From the IMG/VR virus record IMGVR_UViG_3300043120_000159, positions 1-39,705 of that record: a DNA stretch of 39,705 bases; one strand, written 5' to 3'. The stretch is from a virus. The notes under the pieces are model-generated. The model was not told the DNA's origin. It worked only from the letters and a program-made list of their open reading frames with translations, and did not search any database. Of the stretch, positions 1 to 8,572 are shown in pieces (positions within the stretch are counted from its first letter, which is position 1; every line of letters begins with the position of its first letter). The position numbers and the translations under genes are program-made.

Positions 1-127
1 CGTTCAATCAGACCGTAAACGTGAACGGCGGAGCATCTGCCGGAGACGTCAAGTCGGCGGTCTCCAAGGCGAACGAAGGACTGGAAGCAAGGGTCCGGAA
101 GGTTGTTGCAGAGATGTTCCAGGAACG
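1..127 (+). repeat. Terminal direct repeat, copy 1 (identical to 39579..39705)
   Basis: Read directly: cgttcaatcagaccgtaaacgtgaacgg...gagatgttccaggaacg occurs at both window ends. Confidence 0.95.
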
Positions 128-149
128 GGAGCGGACAGCCTATGCCTAG
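1..149 (+). CDS. Tail tape measure protein, C-terminal end (continuation of 37265..39705 across the circular junction)
   Basis: The frame starting at base 3 reads FNQTVNVNGGASAGDVKSAVSKANEGLEARVRKVVAEMFQERERTAYA and stops at TAG 147..149. The first 127 nt duplicate the window end. The joined gene is 2463 nt (820 aa). Confidence 0.8.
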   Translation, partial: FNQTVNVNGGASAGDVKSAVSKANEGLEARVRKVVAEMFQERERTAYA

Positions 150-357
150 CACGTACACAACGTCCCAGGGAGAGACTTGGGATTCGATAGCAAAGCGCGT
201 TCTGGGCAGTGAGGTGCGCCTCCATCTGCTTCTGGACGCAAACCCCGAACACAGGGGGGTACTGATTTTTTTCGCCGGCACCGTCCTGCGGATTCCCGAC
301 GTGCCGTCCATGGCCACGAAAACCGTAACACCTCCGTGGAAGCAATATGAAGTCTAG
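142..357 (+). CDS. Tail protein X (LysM-like, P2 gpX family)
   Basis: MPSTYTTSQGETWDSIAKRVLGSEVRLHLLLDANPEH... matches the gpX/LysM pattern (YTT.QGDTWD.IA...LL.ANP). ATG 142 overlaps the tape-measure stop (ATGCCTAG). The ORF-track frame opens at 103. Confidence 0.7.
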   Translation: MPSTYTTSQGETWDSIAKRVLGSEVRLHLLLDANPEHRGVLIFFAGTVLRIPDVPSMATKTVTPPWKQYEV

Positions 358-1378
358 GGCTGCAAAGATCCAGATCGCATACCAGGGCGCCGACATCAGC
401 AAAGACATTGCGCCGTTTGTTCGAGGTTTTTCCTACACCGACAACGCACACGGCCAAGCTGACGACCTGCGTATTGACATGGACGATCGCGACCACCTCT
501 GGAAGGGAGACTGGCTTCCCCAAAAGGGCGACACCATTGTCGCCTCTATCGTGTGCCTTGAAGAGTGGAACGGACCAGGGTCCCCCTCTGTGTCCATCCC
601 TTGCGGCACATTTGAAGTCGACGAAGTAGAGCTTGCCGTTGGGGACCAGGGCGACACGGTTGCCCTGAAGGCGGTGAGCTCGCTGACGCAAAACTCCATC
701 CGAAAAGAGAGCAAAAGCCGCGGATGGGAAAATGTCAGCCTTCGCCAGGTATTTAGCGACATAGCCTCCCCCGCAGGGTTCCAGCTCTCCTGGCAGGCCG
801 ATGACGTTCAGCTCCTCCGCCTTGACCAGCACGCGGAGACGGACCTGGCTTTCATGAAGCGAGTTGTCGACGAGTACGGCCTGAACCTCAAGATCAACGA
901 CGCGACGGTCATTGTTTTTGCTGGCGAAAAGTACGACGCCCACCCGGTTTCACTCTCCGTTACCCGGGGCCAGTCCGACTTGCGAAGCGCGTCCCTGAAA
1001 ACCAAGACGATCGAGATCTACAAGGCCTGCGAGGTCTCATTTCACGACCCCAAAGACAAAGAGCTCAAGACGTTCACGTATTCGCCTCCGGATCCTCCGG
1101 CCGGATCCGGGCGCATCCTGCGGGTCAATCAGATAGCCGACGACATCGCCATGGCGGAACGGAAGGCCAAGGCTGCTCTGCGAAAAAAGAACCAGCGCGA
1201 AGTCGAGGGTGATCTGACGCTCATGGGGGAGCCGAGGCTGTTGGCCGGAATGAACATAGCCCTCGGAGGCTTTCGGCTTTTTGACGGCACATATGCGGTC
1301 GAGCAGGCGAAGCATAGTTTCACGCGCACTGGAGGATACTCCACATCGGTGAAGATAAGGAAGGTTTTGAAATGGTGA
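347..1378 (+). CDS. Late control protein D / tail protein D family (P2 gpD-like)
   Basis: 343 aa. N-terminus AKIQIAYQGADISKDIAPFVRGFSYTDNAHGQADDLRIDMDDRD is typical of Phage_GPD. It sits just after the tape measure and X. Confidence 0.8.
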   Translation: MKSRAAKIQIAYQGADISKDIAPFVRGFSYTDNAHGQADDLRIDMDDRDHLWKGDWLPQKGDTIVASIVCLEEWNGPGSPSVSIPCGTFEVDEVELAVGDQGDTVALKAVSSLTQNSIRKESKSRGWENVSLRQVFSDIASPAGFQLSWQADDVQLLRLDQHAETDLAFMKRVVDEYGLNLKINDATVIVFAGEKYDAHPVSLSVTRGQSDLRSASLKTKTIEIYKACEVSFHDPKDKELKTFTYSPPDPPAGSGRILRVNQIADDIAMAERKAKAALRKKNQREVEGDLTLMGEPRLLAGMNIALGGFRLFDGTYAVEQAKHSFTRTGGYSTSVKIRKVLKW

Positions 1379-2157
1379 ATGAAATACTGAGACGTCTCGA
1401 AATGCTGGAATCCGTGGTTGGGCGGCTGCTGCGCGTTGGTGTTGTGACATCGGTCTACCCAGAGCGCGGCACAGTTAGAGTCCAACTCCCGGACGTGCAC
1501 CATGGCGAAACATCCTTGGTGACAAGAGAGCTGCCGGTTCGATTCGACAAGACCTGCAAGGACAAGCAGTACCACATGCCCGACATCGGAGAGCACGTGA
1601 TGTGCCTCTTTTTGCCGACCGGGCAAGAGCAAGGCTGTGTGCTGGGTGCGATATACTCTCAGGCCGACGCGGTTCCTGTCGCAGATCCTGACAAGCGTCA
1701 CTTCCGCTTCGATGACGGTTCGTGGTTCGAGTATGACCGCAAGCAACATCTTTTGTCCGGGCACGTCGTGAACGGATGCGCGGAACTGACCATCGACAAG
1801 GACCTGACAGCCGATATCGGCGGGACGGCCGTGGCGAGAGTGGAAGAGGATCTCTCTGTGGATGTCGGTGGGAATACCATCATCACTGCCGGCGGAGATC
1901 TGACAGCCGAATCGCAAGGCGTGGCCACACTGAAGTCTGCCAGTACGGTGCGGGTCGAAGCGCCGCAGATAGTCCGGACGGGCAACATAACCTCCTCGGG
2001 AGCCGGCGGCGCAGTCTCCACCGAGGTCAAGACGGCAAACGTCGACCATACCGGAGACGTAGAGCAGCAAGGGAATTACCGGATACACGGAACCCTGCAC
2101 GTTACTGACCTGGTTGTTGACAATCCGATCAACGGCGTTCTCGCCGGAGGTGCGTGA
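1372..2157 (+). CDS. Baseplate assembly protein V / central spike
   Basis: RVGVVTSVYPERGTVRVQLPD...MPDIGEHVMCLFLPTGQEQGCVLGAIY matches the gpV OB-fold N-domain. The C-terminus is a repetitive beta-helix-like region. The start overlaps the gpD stop. Confidence 0.8.
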   Translation: MVNEILRRLEMLESVVGRLLRVGVVTSVYPERGTVRVQLPDVHHGETSLVTRELPVRFDKTCKDKQYHMPDIGEHVMCLFLPTGQEQGCVLGAIYSQADAVPVADPDKRHFRFDDGSWFEYDRKQHLLSGHVVNGCAELTIDKDLTADIGGTAVARVEEDLSVDVGGNTIITAGGDLTAESQGVATLKSASTVRVEAPQIVRTGNITSSGAGGAVSTEVKTANVDHTGDVEQQGNYRIHGTLHVTDLVVDNPINGVLAGGA

Positions 2158-2537
2158 TGCAGGTCGGCAGCTTTGGCCCTCTCGTTTTTCGTTCGAGTGC
2201 ATCTGATGTGTTTACCCCTGTCGACCTGCGCCGCCGCCGAGTGGCTCAGTTCGCCGAACATCCGGTCGTCGACGGCCTTGCAAGGCTTCAACACCTGGGC
2301 ACGTCGCTGGCTGAGGTGAGCTTCAAGGTTCAACTGGACCACACGTTCACCGATGTCGAGGCGAAACTGATCGAGATCGACGCACTGCTTGAGTCCGGCG
2401 AGCATCACGCCCTTGTTATTGCTGGTCGCCGCTTGGGTCGCTTCGTGCTGACGGAATCGAACGAGGTGGCCAAGAAAATGTCGGCGTCCAAGGTTCTTTG
2501 GGCCGAAGTCGAGCTCAAGCTCAAGGAGTACAACTGA
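2157..2537 (+). CDS. Tail protein, P2 gpU-like
   Basis: MQVGSFGPLVFRSSA...RRRRVAQFAEHPVVDGLARLQHLGTSLAEVSFKVQL...GRFVLTESNE fits the GpU family pattern. ATG 2157 overlaps the upstream TGA. GTG 2154 is an alternative start. Confidence 0.65.
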   Translation: MQVGSFGPLVFRSSASDVFTPVDLRRRRVAQFAEHPVVDGLARLQHLGTSLAEVSFKVQLDHTFTDVEAKLIEIDALLESGEHHALVIAGRRLGRFVLTESNEVAKKMSASKVLWAEVELKLKEYN

Positions 2538-2866
2538 TGGAGTTTATCCTGGACACAACGCTTCCAGCGGAAGTCGTTATTGGCGCGACCGGGGTGACCG
2601 AGATCCTGCAGAATGTCCGCACGATCGTCTCGACAATCAAGGGCTCTGTCCCGCTGGACAGAGACTTCGGGGTCTCGGCGTCGTTTCTTGACAGCCCGAC
2701 GCCCGAAGCGATGGCCGCGTTCACCGGGGAAGCCATAGACGAAATAGAGAAGCAGGAGCCCAGGTGCTCCGTTGTGTCCGTCGACTTCAAGCCTTTGGCC
2801 GAAGCCGCGATGGACGGACGCCTGTTCCCGGTAATCCGAATCGCTATCGAGGGTAGATATGAGTAG
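2537..2866 (+). CDS. Baseplate wedge protein W (gp25/GPW lysozyme-like fold)
   Basis: 109 aa. ILQNVRTIVSTIKGSVPLDRDFGV is the GPW_gp25 signature. TGATG overlap with the upstream gene. It directly precedes the J-like gene. Confidence 0.75.
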   Translation: MEFILDTTLPAEVVIGATGVTEILQNVRTIVSTIKGSVPLDRDFGVSASFLDSPTPEAMAAFTGEAIDEIEKQEPRCSVVSVDFKPLAEAAMDGRLFPVIRIAIEGRYE

Positions 2867-3983
2867 CCTGAAGACAATTTTGCGTGACACTCAATTTTGC
2901 GAAACCGATGCGTCGGCAATTGAAACTGAGATCATCACTACATACGAACGAATCGCGGAATCCAAACTGTACCCGGGCGACCCTGTTCGGCTGTTTCTGG
3001 AAGGATTGGCGTACATCGTGGCTCAGCAGCGTTTCCAGATCGACTATGCCGCCAAGCAGAATCTGGTCTATTACGCCGATGGGGACAACCTTGACCACTT
3101 GGGTGCTCTGACAGACACGCGGCGGCTGAAGGCGTCCCCTGCGCTGGTCACTCTCCAGTTTTCACTTTCGGAGCCCTTAGCTCACGATGTCGTCATCCCG
3201 GCCGGAACACGCGCCACACCCGACGGCAAGCTGTTTTTTGCCACAACCGAAGTCGTATCCGTGCCAGCTGGCGAAACATCTTCATCTGTTGAGGCGGCCT
3301 GTCTGACCGCTGGCGCAGCGGGGAATGGGTTTCTGCCTGGCCAGATAAACAGATTCGTTGACACCGTGCAGAACGTGTCCTCCGTTGCTAACACGACGCC
3401 ATCGGCAGGCGGGAGCGATCTGGAGTCCGACGACAACTATCGAGAGCGGATCCACATTTCTCCCGAGAAGTATTCCGTGGCCGGCCCTGATGGGGCCTAC
3501 CAGTATTGGGCCAAATCGGCCCACCAGGACATCGAGGACGTATCTGTGTCCAGTCCCGCCCCGGGAGAAGTTGACGTCTGCGTGCTGCTCAAAGGGGGCC
3601 AGATCCCGCCTGAAGAGATACTCAATCAGGTAAGAGCCACACTCGATGCGGAGTCCGTTATTCCGCTGACCGATCTCTGTAAGGTCGTGCCTCCCACGCC
3701 CAGAGACTACTCCATCTCCGCCGTGTACTTCATCCACCAGGACCAGGCAGCGCTCGCCGGACAGATTCAGGACTCCGTCAACCGTGCCGTGGACAACTTT
3801 GTAGACTGGCAGCGCTCGAAGCTCGGGCGCGACATCAACCCCTCTCAGCTCACCCACTTGATTCAGTCCGCCGGAGCCAAACGGGTGGAAGTCCTGGAGC
3901 CGGCCTTTGTCAGCCTGACCCCGCTGGAGGTCGCCAACAATGTAAACATCGAGGTGCAGTATGGCGGGCTTGAAAGCGACTAA
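2859..3983 (+). CDS. Baseplate J-like protein (gpJ/gp47 family)
   Basis: 374 aa. ...YPGDPVRLFLEGLAYIVAQQRFQIDYAAKQN... and SVAGPDGAYQYWAKSAHQDIEDVSV... are typical Baseplate_J motifs. Order is W-J-I. Confidence 0.85.
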   Translation: MSSLKTILRDTQFCETDASAIETEIITTYERIAESKLYPGDPVRLFLEGLAYIVAQQRFQIDYAAKQNLVYYADGDNLDHLGALTDTRRLKASPALVTLQFSLSEPLAHDVVIPAGTRATPDGKLFFATTEVVSVPAGETSSSVEAACLTAGAAGNGFLPGQINRFVDTVQNVSSVANTTPSAGGSDLESDDNYRERIHISPEKYSVAGPDGAYQYWAKSAHQDIEDVSVSSPAPGEVDVCVLLKGGQIPPEEILNQVRATLDAESVIPLTDLCKVVPPTPRDYSISAVYFIHQDQAALAGQIQDSVNRAVDNFVDWQRSKLGRDINPSQLTHLIQSAGAKRVEVLEPAFVSLTPLEVANNVNIEVQYGGLESD

Positions 3984-5013
3984 CCTTCACTTCTCGGAGA
4001 TTCTGCCGAGCAGTATTTCCGATGACGAAAAACTTTCCGCAGCGTCCGAGTCACTGAATGGACACCTTGTCAGGCTGGCCAGCGACACCGACCTGGCACG
4101 TATTTACTCCCGCATTCCGGAGTTGCCCGAGGCTGCTCTCGACCTGCTTGCCTGGCAGCTTCACGTGGACTTCTGGCTGCCCACCCTGCCTATCGAGTCA
4201 AAGCGAAGCCTGGTCGAAGGATCCATTGCTTGGCATCGGAAGAAAGGCACGGCCTGGGCCGTGAAGCAGGTCCTCTCCGACTTGGGCGTCGACGCTGAAA
4301 TCATCCAGTGGCACCAACCGGGCGGAGAAGGCTTGGACCGGTTCACGTTTGCCGTCCGGGGGATGATTCGTCGTCCGCTGTTGCCCACCGAAATGTGGGG
4401 ACCGGAAACCATCACGGAAGTGGAGAGAGCTATTTCCGTAGCGAAGAACACCCGCTCCTGGCTCGGTTGGCTGACCTTGGCCCTCGAGATGGATGTCCCT
4501 GTGAAGGCTCCCGGACACGACCTGACGCAAGCCGCTCGCAAGGCGTGCGTTGCGCCGCTTTCTTTTGGCCCCCTCTTTGACCGGGGAGCCGCTGAGGCTC
4601 TTGACGAATCAGGCATCGACCAAGCCCCCGTTGCACGAGACGAAACATCGGCAGCGTGGACCATGGGTCGCCCCTGGTCCCTCGATATGTTCTACGAGGA
4701 GGGATCTGCAGGCTGGCTTGACCAGATGATTCCCGGAGTGGAAGGAGCCGCGCTTCCTCCGGCAGATTGTGTTCCCGTGTCCATCTTGCCGGCGTCAGTC
4801 CCTCTTTCGATCGCAGCCGCTGCAGCCGAATCTTCGCGCAAGAGCCATCGATTTTTTATTGGCATCAGTCCCGACGTCAAAAACAACTCAACCAGTACAG
4901 CGCCGGCGTATTTCGGGGCGGACGAAGTCTTTCTGGACGAAGCTCCCGGAATGGATGATGTCGCCTTGGATTTATGCCCGCTGGACGCACTTATGGAGGT
5001 AGCACATGCCTGA
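3961..5013 (+). CDS. Tail protein I (P2 gpI family) with long C-terminal extension
   Basis: N-terminal half LPSSISDDEKLSAASESL...IPELPEAALDLLAWQLHVDFW...SIAWHRKKGTAWAVKQVL is the Tail_P2_I signature. The C-terminal ~160 aa is Ala/Pro-rich and unassigned. Confidence 0.7.
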   Translation: MAGLKATNLHFSEILPSSISDDEKLSAASESLNGHLVRLASDTDLARIYSRIPELPEAALDLLAWQLHVDFWLPTLPIESKRSLVEGSIAWHRKKGTAWAVKQVLSDLGVDAEIIQWHQPGGEGLDRFTFAVRGMIRRPLLPTEMWGPETITEVERAISVAKNTRSWLGWLTLALEMDVPVKAPGHDLTQAARKACVAPLSFGPLFDRGAAEALDESGIDQAPVARDETSAAWTMGRPWSLDMFYEEGSAGWLDQMIPGVEGAALPPADCVPVSILPASVPLSIAAAAAESSRKSHRFFIGISPDVKNNSTSTAPAYFGADEVFLDEAPGMDDVALDLCPLDALMEVAHA

Positions 5014-5428
5014 GATCACGTGGAAGCGGGCTGAAATTCAGACCCGGCTGTACGACAAGATAGGTCAGTCGCTGACCGGAGTCGGACCCTGTCCGCGGGT
5101 GGTGTCTTTCGCCGCCGGCTACGGGCACATCGACGAAACAACCAATCCGCCAACCCTGGAATCCCTGCCCTTGAGCGCGAGCGAGGTTCCCGGATTCATT
5201 ACGTCCGGGACACCTGAAGCCTCGATGTCCGACGGGCGTGCGCTTTTCGTCTGCGCCATCCCCGAGGATGCAGTCTCTGCGCCGCAGAAGTGCAACATTA
5301 TCGGTCTGTACGATCAGGACGACGAACTTGTGGCCCTGGCGTCGTTTCTTCCCGAATGGCTGGCCCCGGGCAAGCGATACGAGAACTTCGTCTACATCAC
5401 CTTCCCAGCCCCCGAGGAGGAAAGCTAA
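5006..5428 (+). CDS. Tail-collar fibre protein (DUF3751-like N-terminal fibre module)
   Basis: 140 aa in the gpH position after gpI. CAIPEDAVSAPQKCNIIGLYDQDDELVALASF resembles the tail-collar motif (GLfD.dG.LiAva). Confidence 0.5.
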   Translation: MPEITWKRAEIQTRLYDKIGQSLTGVGPCPRVVSFAAGYGHIDETTNPPTLESLPLSASEVPGFITSGTPEASMSDGRALFVCAIPEDAVSAPQKCNIIGLYDQDDELVALASFLPEWLAPGKRYENFVYITFPAPEEES

Positions 5429-6000
5429 TGCTCTCGAGTTTTGTGAAGTACAAAGAGCGCTACGCTTCGTTTGCGCTCAACAGGAAAATGGCTGGCGTGT
5501 TGACCCCGGGTGTGTACCAAGGGTTCGAGATCCTGCCGGCGGAGGGGCTGAACGTGCTTATCTCCGCATCTCACGACGACTACCCGGCCTCCGTGGCCGT
5601 AATCGAGCGCGAGGGATATTCCGTCACCCTGCGGATGGATGCCAGCGAAACCCTCCCCGTCGCAGGCCCCGGAACCTGGCATCCGGTTCTGGAGTCCTAC
5701 TACACGCCGGGACAGGAAACATACCAACAGCTGAAGATCGTAGCCACACCTGAGCCGCACCATGTGGTTCTCGGGACCATCACGGTCCCTGACGGCGCCG
5801 CTGCAGTGACGGAAGACATGATCACCGACGAAGGCCGGATGATCGGCTCTCAGGATCTGCTTGTGATGCAGTTCACCTCAGCCCTGATTGCCAATGAAAC
5901 CGAACTGCTCGGATACAAACAGCGGCTGTCCAACATCGAAAACTGGGCGCGGACCGCAGGATACGACCCCGCCAACCTTTATACCGGAGAAGGAGAATAA
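5428..6000 (+). CDS. Hypothetical tail-fibre-associated protein
   Basis: 190 aa. ATG 5428 overlaps the upstream TAA (TAATG). It sits between the tail-collar gene and the fibre. The ORF-track frame opens at 5290. Confidence 0.5.
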   Translation: MLSSFVKYKERYASFALNRKMAGVLTPGVYQGFEILPAEGLNVLISASHDDYPASVAVIEREGYSVTLRMDASETLPVAGPGTWHPVLESYYTPGQETYQQLKIVATPEPHHVVLGTITVPDGAAAVTEDMITDEGRMIGSQDLLVMQFTSALIANETELLGYKQRLSNIENWARTAGYDPANLYTGEGE

Positions 6001-6001
6001 G

Positions 6002-8506
6002 ATGGCATCCATGAATGAACGAGTGCAAGAGCTCATCAACTCTGTACAGACCTTTAACAACCAGGCGTCGCTGCTGTTGGCGGCCGTGGGACAGGGGCAG
6101 CTGGATCCCGAGAAGATCCAGGAGCAGATCCAGACAGCCACCCAGTCGGCGATCGACGCCGTACTGGCCCAGCTCGACGGATATGACGCAACCACCATTC
6201 TGCAGCGACAGGATATGTTGAAGCTGGCGCAGGACATCCGCAACGTGACCGACGACGAGAAGTTTTTCTTCGAGTTCTTCCGCCGCCCGTTCTCGTTTGC
6301 CGACCAGATCGAAGTCGGCAGCGTTGTCACTGTGGCGGGCGACGAATCCGTGGACTGCGCAGACACCTCCCTGCTGGAGGTCGGGCAGGAATACGTTATC
6401 TGCTCGGGAGACCTCCGCGAGACCGTGACTGTCGAGGCCGTATTGACCTCCACCCGGTTCCGCGCCACGTCCGAGGTGTCCGCATCATACTCCGGAGCCA
6501 CGCTGAAAAGGACATCCGCCCAACTCGACGGACAGTCTACCCGCTTTGCTCCCGGAGACATCTACTACGGCGGCAAGTTTGCGCTTGGCCTGGCCGATGT
6601 GGACAAGGCTATCCTCATTCGCCGCGGGGCTGTCGGAGAGCTGTCGGTCTACTTCCAGGACGCAACCCACGAATCTTGGACGCTGGCTCCCTGGGAATGG
6701 GTGCGGACCAATGAGGACGGTACACAGGATGTCGAATACCGACTTCCAGCTCGCGGTGATTTTGATATCAAGATCGTGAACGAGTCCGACGTTGAAGTCG
6801 TGACTCAGTATATCGTTGGCGTGCACCAGGACACCGGCCTGCTGGGCGACCACCATCCGCCCGTCAAGCCCACCAACGTCTCTCCGGCCGCCGGGGCCAT
6901 CGACCTGCAGGAAACCCCGACGCTGACCGGCTCTGTTTACAGTCACCCGCTCGGAACGTCGCAAGGCGCTCTGCAGGTTCGCGTCTACAGCGACGCGGAC
7001 AGCTATGCGGAAGCGATCTACGACTCTGGCGAGCAGCCCGCCGGGTCCAGCTTCAAGCTCCCCGCGGGAATCCTTTCCGTAGGCGGCACGTTCAAGTGGG
7101 AGATTCGCTACAAAGACAGTCAGGGCGCATGGTCCCCCTGGTCGGATATGACCGCGTTCGATACTGCGGCTTCGTTTGTCTACATCGAGACGCCGACCCT
7201 CACCAACCCTGGCAACGGCGCAACGGACATTCCTGAGCAGCCGACCCTGACCAGCTCCCCGTTCACTGTGTCCGGCGGCTCTGACAACCACGTCGGATCC
7301 AGGTGGATGATCCGTGAAGCCGGAGGCTCCTACGACACCCCCGTTTACGACTCCGGCAGCTCGCTCGACTTGGAGTCTCACGTGGTTCCCGCCGGCAACC
7401 TGCAGGACGGTGAAGTCACATACTACGCCAAGGTCCAGCACGAAGGTGAAACGCTTGGCGCTTCAGAGTGGTCCTCGGAGATCAGCTTTACCACCAAGGA
7501 CCTGTTTGCGGTGATCGTCGGCATTGCCCAGGTGGCTTCCGGCGGCGGCGCAGGAACGTGGCAGCGCGTCGACGAAGACGGAAACAACAAGACTACCGAC
7601 ACCGCATACTTCAACAACCATCCGACCTACGCAGGGATTCAGGACGCCACCATCGACGGGCAGGCCATGGTCCAGATTCCCAAGTTCTACTACAAGGTCG
7701 CGCAGGCCCCCGCCGGCAGCGACCAAGCTGGCAAGAAGTGCTGGTGGATCTCCGATCAGCCCGCCGCAGGCTTTGAGCTGCACCCCGCATTCATGGACGG
7801 CGGAGTAGAGATCGACCGCTTTTACGTGGGTAAATACGAAGGCACCGATGACGCGGGAACCAAGGTCGGCTCCGCTGCCGGCGTTTCCCCTCTTGTGTCT
7901 GTCGACTTCACGACCATGCACTCCCGTTGCGCCGCCAGGAATACCGACGGAGTTGAGGGGTTCCACATGTGGAACATCCACGAACTCAGCGCCATTCAGA
8001 TGTTGGCGCTGATCGAGCTCGGCACGCCCGATGCCCAGTCGGCCATTTCCGCCGGCAACACGAACAGCTCTTCAGCGGTTAACACCGGCGCGTCCGGAGC
8101 AGTTTGGCGCGGGATCCACGAGCTGTGGGGGAACGTATGGGGCGCGGTTGACGGCTTTAAGACCGACACCAGCAACCGCTTGGAAGTCTTCGACCGCCTT
8201 GGCAACGAAACCTACATCAACACCGGGACGGTCATCACGACCAGCGGGTGGACCACGTCCATGCTCGAAGCCTCTGGCGCAGATTGGGACTTTGCCAGCA
8301 TGTTCGCTGCGGCCAATGTGGACAGCACTGAAGGCAACGGCACTTTTGCCGATTACTGGCAGTCGAACTCCGCCGGCAGTGAATATGTCTGCTACCACGG
8401 CGGCAGCTGGGGCAGCGGCTCGCCCGCGGGCTTGTTCTCCTTGCTCTTGCACGCCGTCGCTTCGACCTCGTACGCGGACCGCGGCTGCCGCCTCGCCAAA
8501 CGGTAA
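6002..8506 (+). CDS. Tail fibre / receptor-binding protein, DGR target 1 (Mtd-like, C-type-lectin/FGE-fold C-terminus carrying VR1)
   Basis: 834 aa from ATG 6002, with GGAGAAGGAGAA upstream (frame opens at 5888). Two tandem FN3-like repeats at nt 6851..7505. The C-terminus ...CYHGGSWGSGSPAGLFSLLLHAVASTSYADRGCRLAKR aligns with the TR with adenine-specific differences. Confidence 0.9.
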   Translation: MASMNERVQELINSVQTFNNQASLLLAAVGQGQLDPEKIQEQIQTATQSAIDAVLAQLDGYDATTILQRQDMLKLAQDIRNVTDDEKFFFEFFRRPFSFADQIEVGSVVTVAGDESVDCADTSLLEVGQEYVICSGDLRETVTVEAVLTSTRFRATSEVSASYSGATLKRTSAQLDGQSTRFAPGDIYYGGKFALGLADVDKAILIRRGAVGELSVYFQDATHESWTLAPWEWVRTNEDGTQDVEYRLPARGDFDIKIVNESDVEVVTQYIVGVHQDTGLLGDHHPPVKPTNVSPAAGAIDLQETPTLTGSVYSHPLGTSQGALQVRVYSDADSYAEAIYDSGEQPAGSSFKLPAGILSVGGTFKWEIRYKDSQGAWSPWSDMTAFDTAASFVYIETPTLTNPGNGATDIPEQPTLTSSPFTVSGGSDNHVGSRWMIREAGGSYDTPVYDSGSSLDLESHVVPAGNLQDGEVTYYAKVQHEGETLGASEWSSEISFTTKDLFAVIVGIAQVASGGGAGTWQRVDEDGNNKTTDTAYFNNHPTYAGIQDATIDGQAMVQIPKFYYKVAQAPAGSDQAGKKCWWISDQPAAGFELHPAFMDGGVEIDRFYVGKYEGTDDAGTKVGSAAGVSPLVSVDFTTMHSRCAARNTDGVEGFHMWNIHELSAIQMLALIELGTPDAQSAISAGNTNSSSAVNTGASGAVWRGIHELWGNVWGAVDGFKTDTSNRLEVFDRLGNETYINTGTVITTSGWTTSMLEASGADWDFASMFAAANVDSTEGNGTFADYWQSNSAGSEYVCYHGGSWGSGSPAGLFSLLLHAVASTSYADRGCRLAKR
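8398..8496 (+). repeat. DGR variable repeat VR1
   Basis: Base-by-base alignment to TR 9229..9327 (offset 831). There are 18 differences: 17 at TR adenines and one T->G opposite TR 9312. No change opposite any TR C or G. Confidence 0.92.
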
Positions 8507-8534
8507 ACTGAAACCTGCAACCTGAAACACTGAA

Positions 8535-8556
8535 GGTCCCCGCGAGAGCGGGGGCC
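8535..8556 (+). promoter_or_regulatory. GC-rich hairpin with GAGA tetraloop downstream of VR1 (DGR target-recognition element)
   Basis: ggtccccgc-gaga-gcgggggcc forms a 9-bp stem (one G-U) with a GNRA loop. It starts 29 nt after the target stop codon. A counterpart follows VR2. Confidence 0.7.
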
Positions 8557-8572
8557 ATAAAGGAGATACACT

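Noticed and set aside
1-127. Terminal repeat as a genuine physical direct terminal repeat of the virion DNA
   Set aside because: It lies in the middle of the tape-measure gene and its length equals a common assembler k-mer. The Nu1/GpA-type terminase predicts cos ends. It is treated as an assembly overlap, but this cannot be proven from sequence alone.
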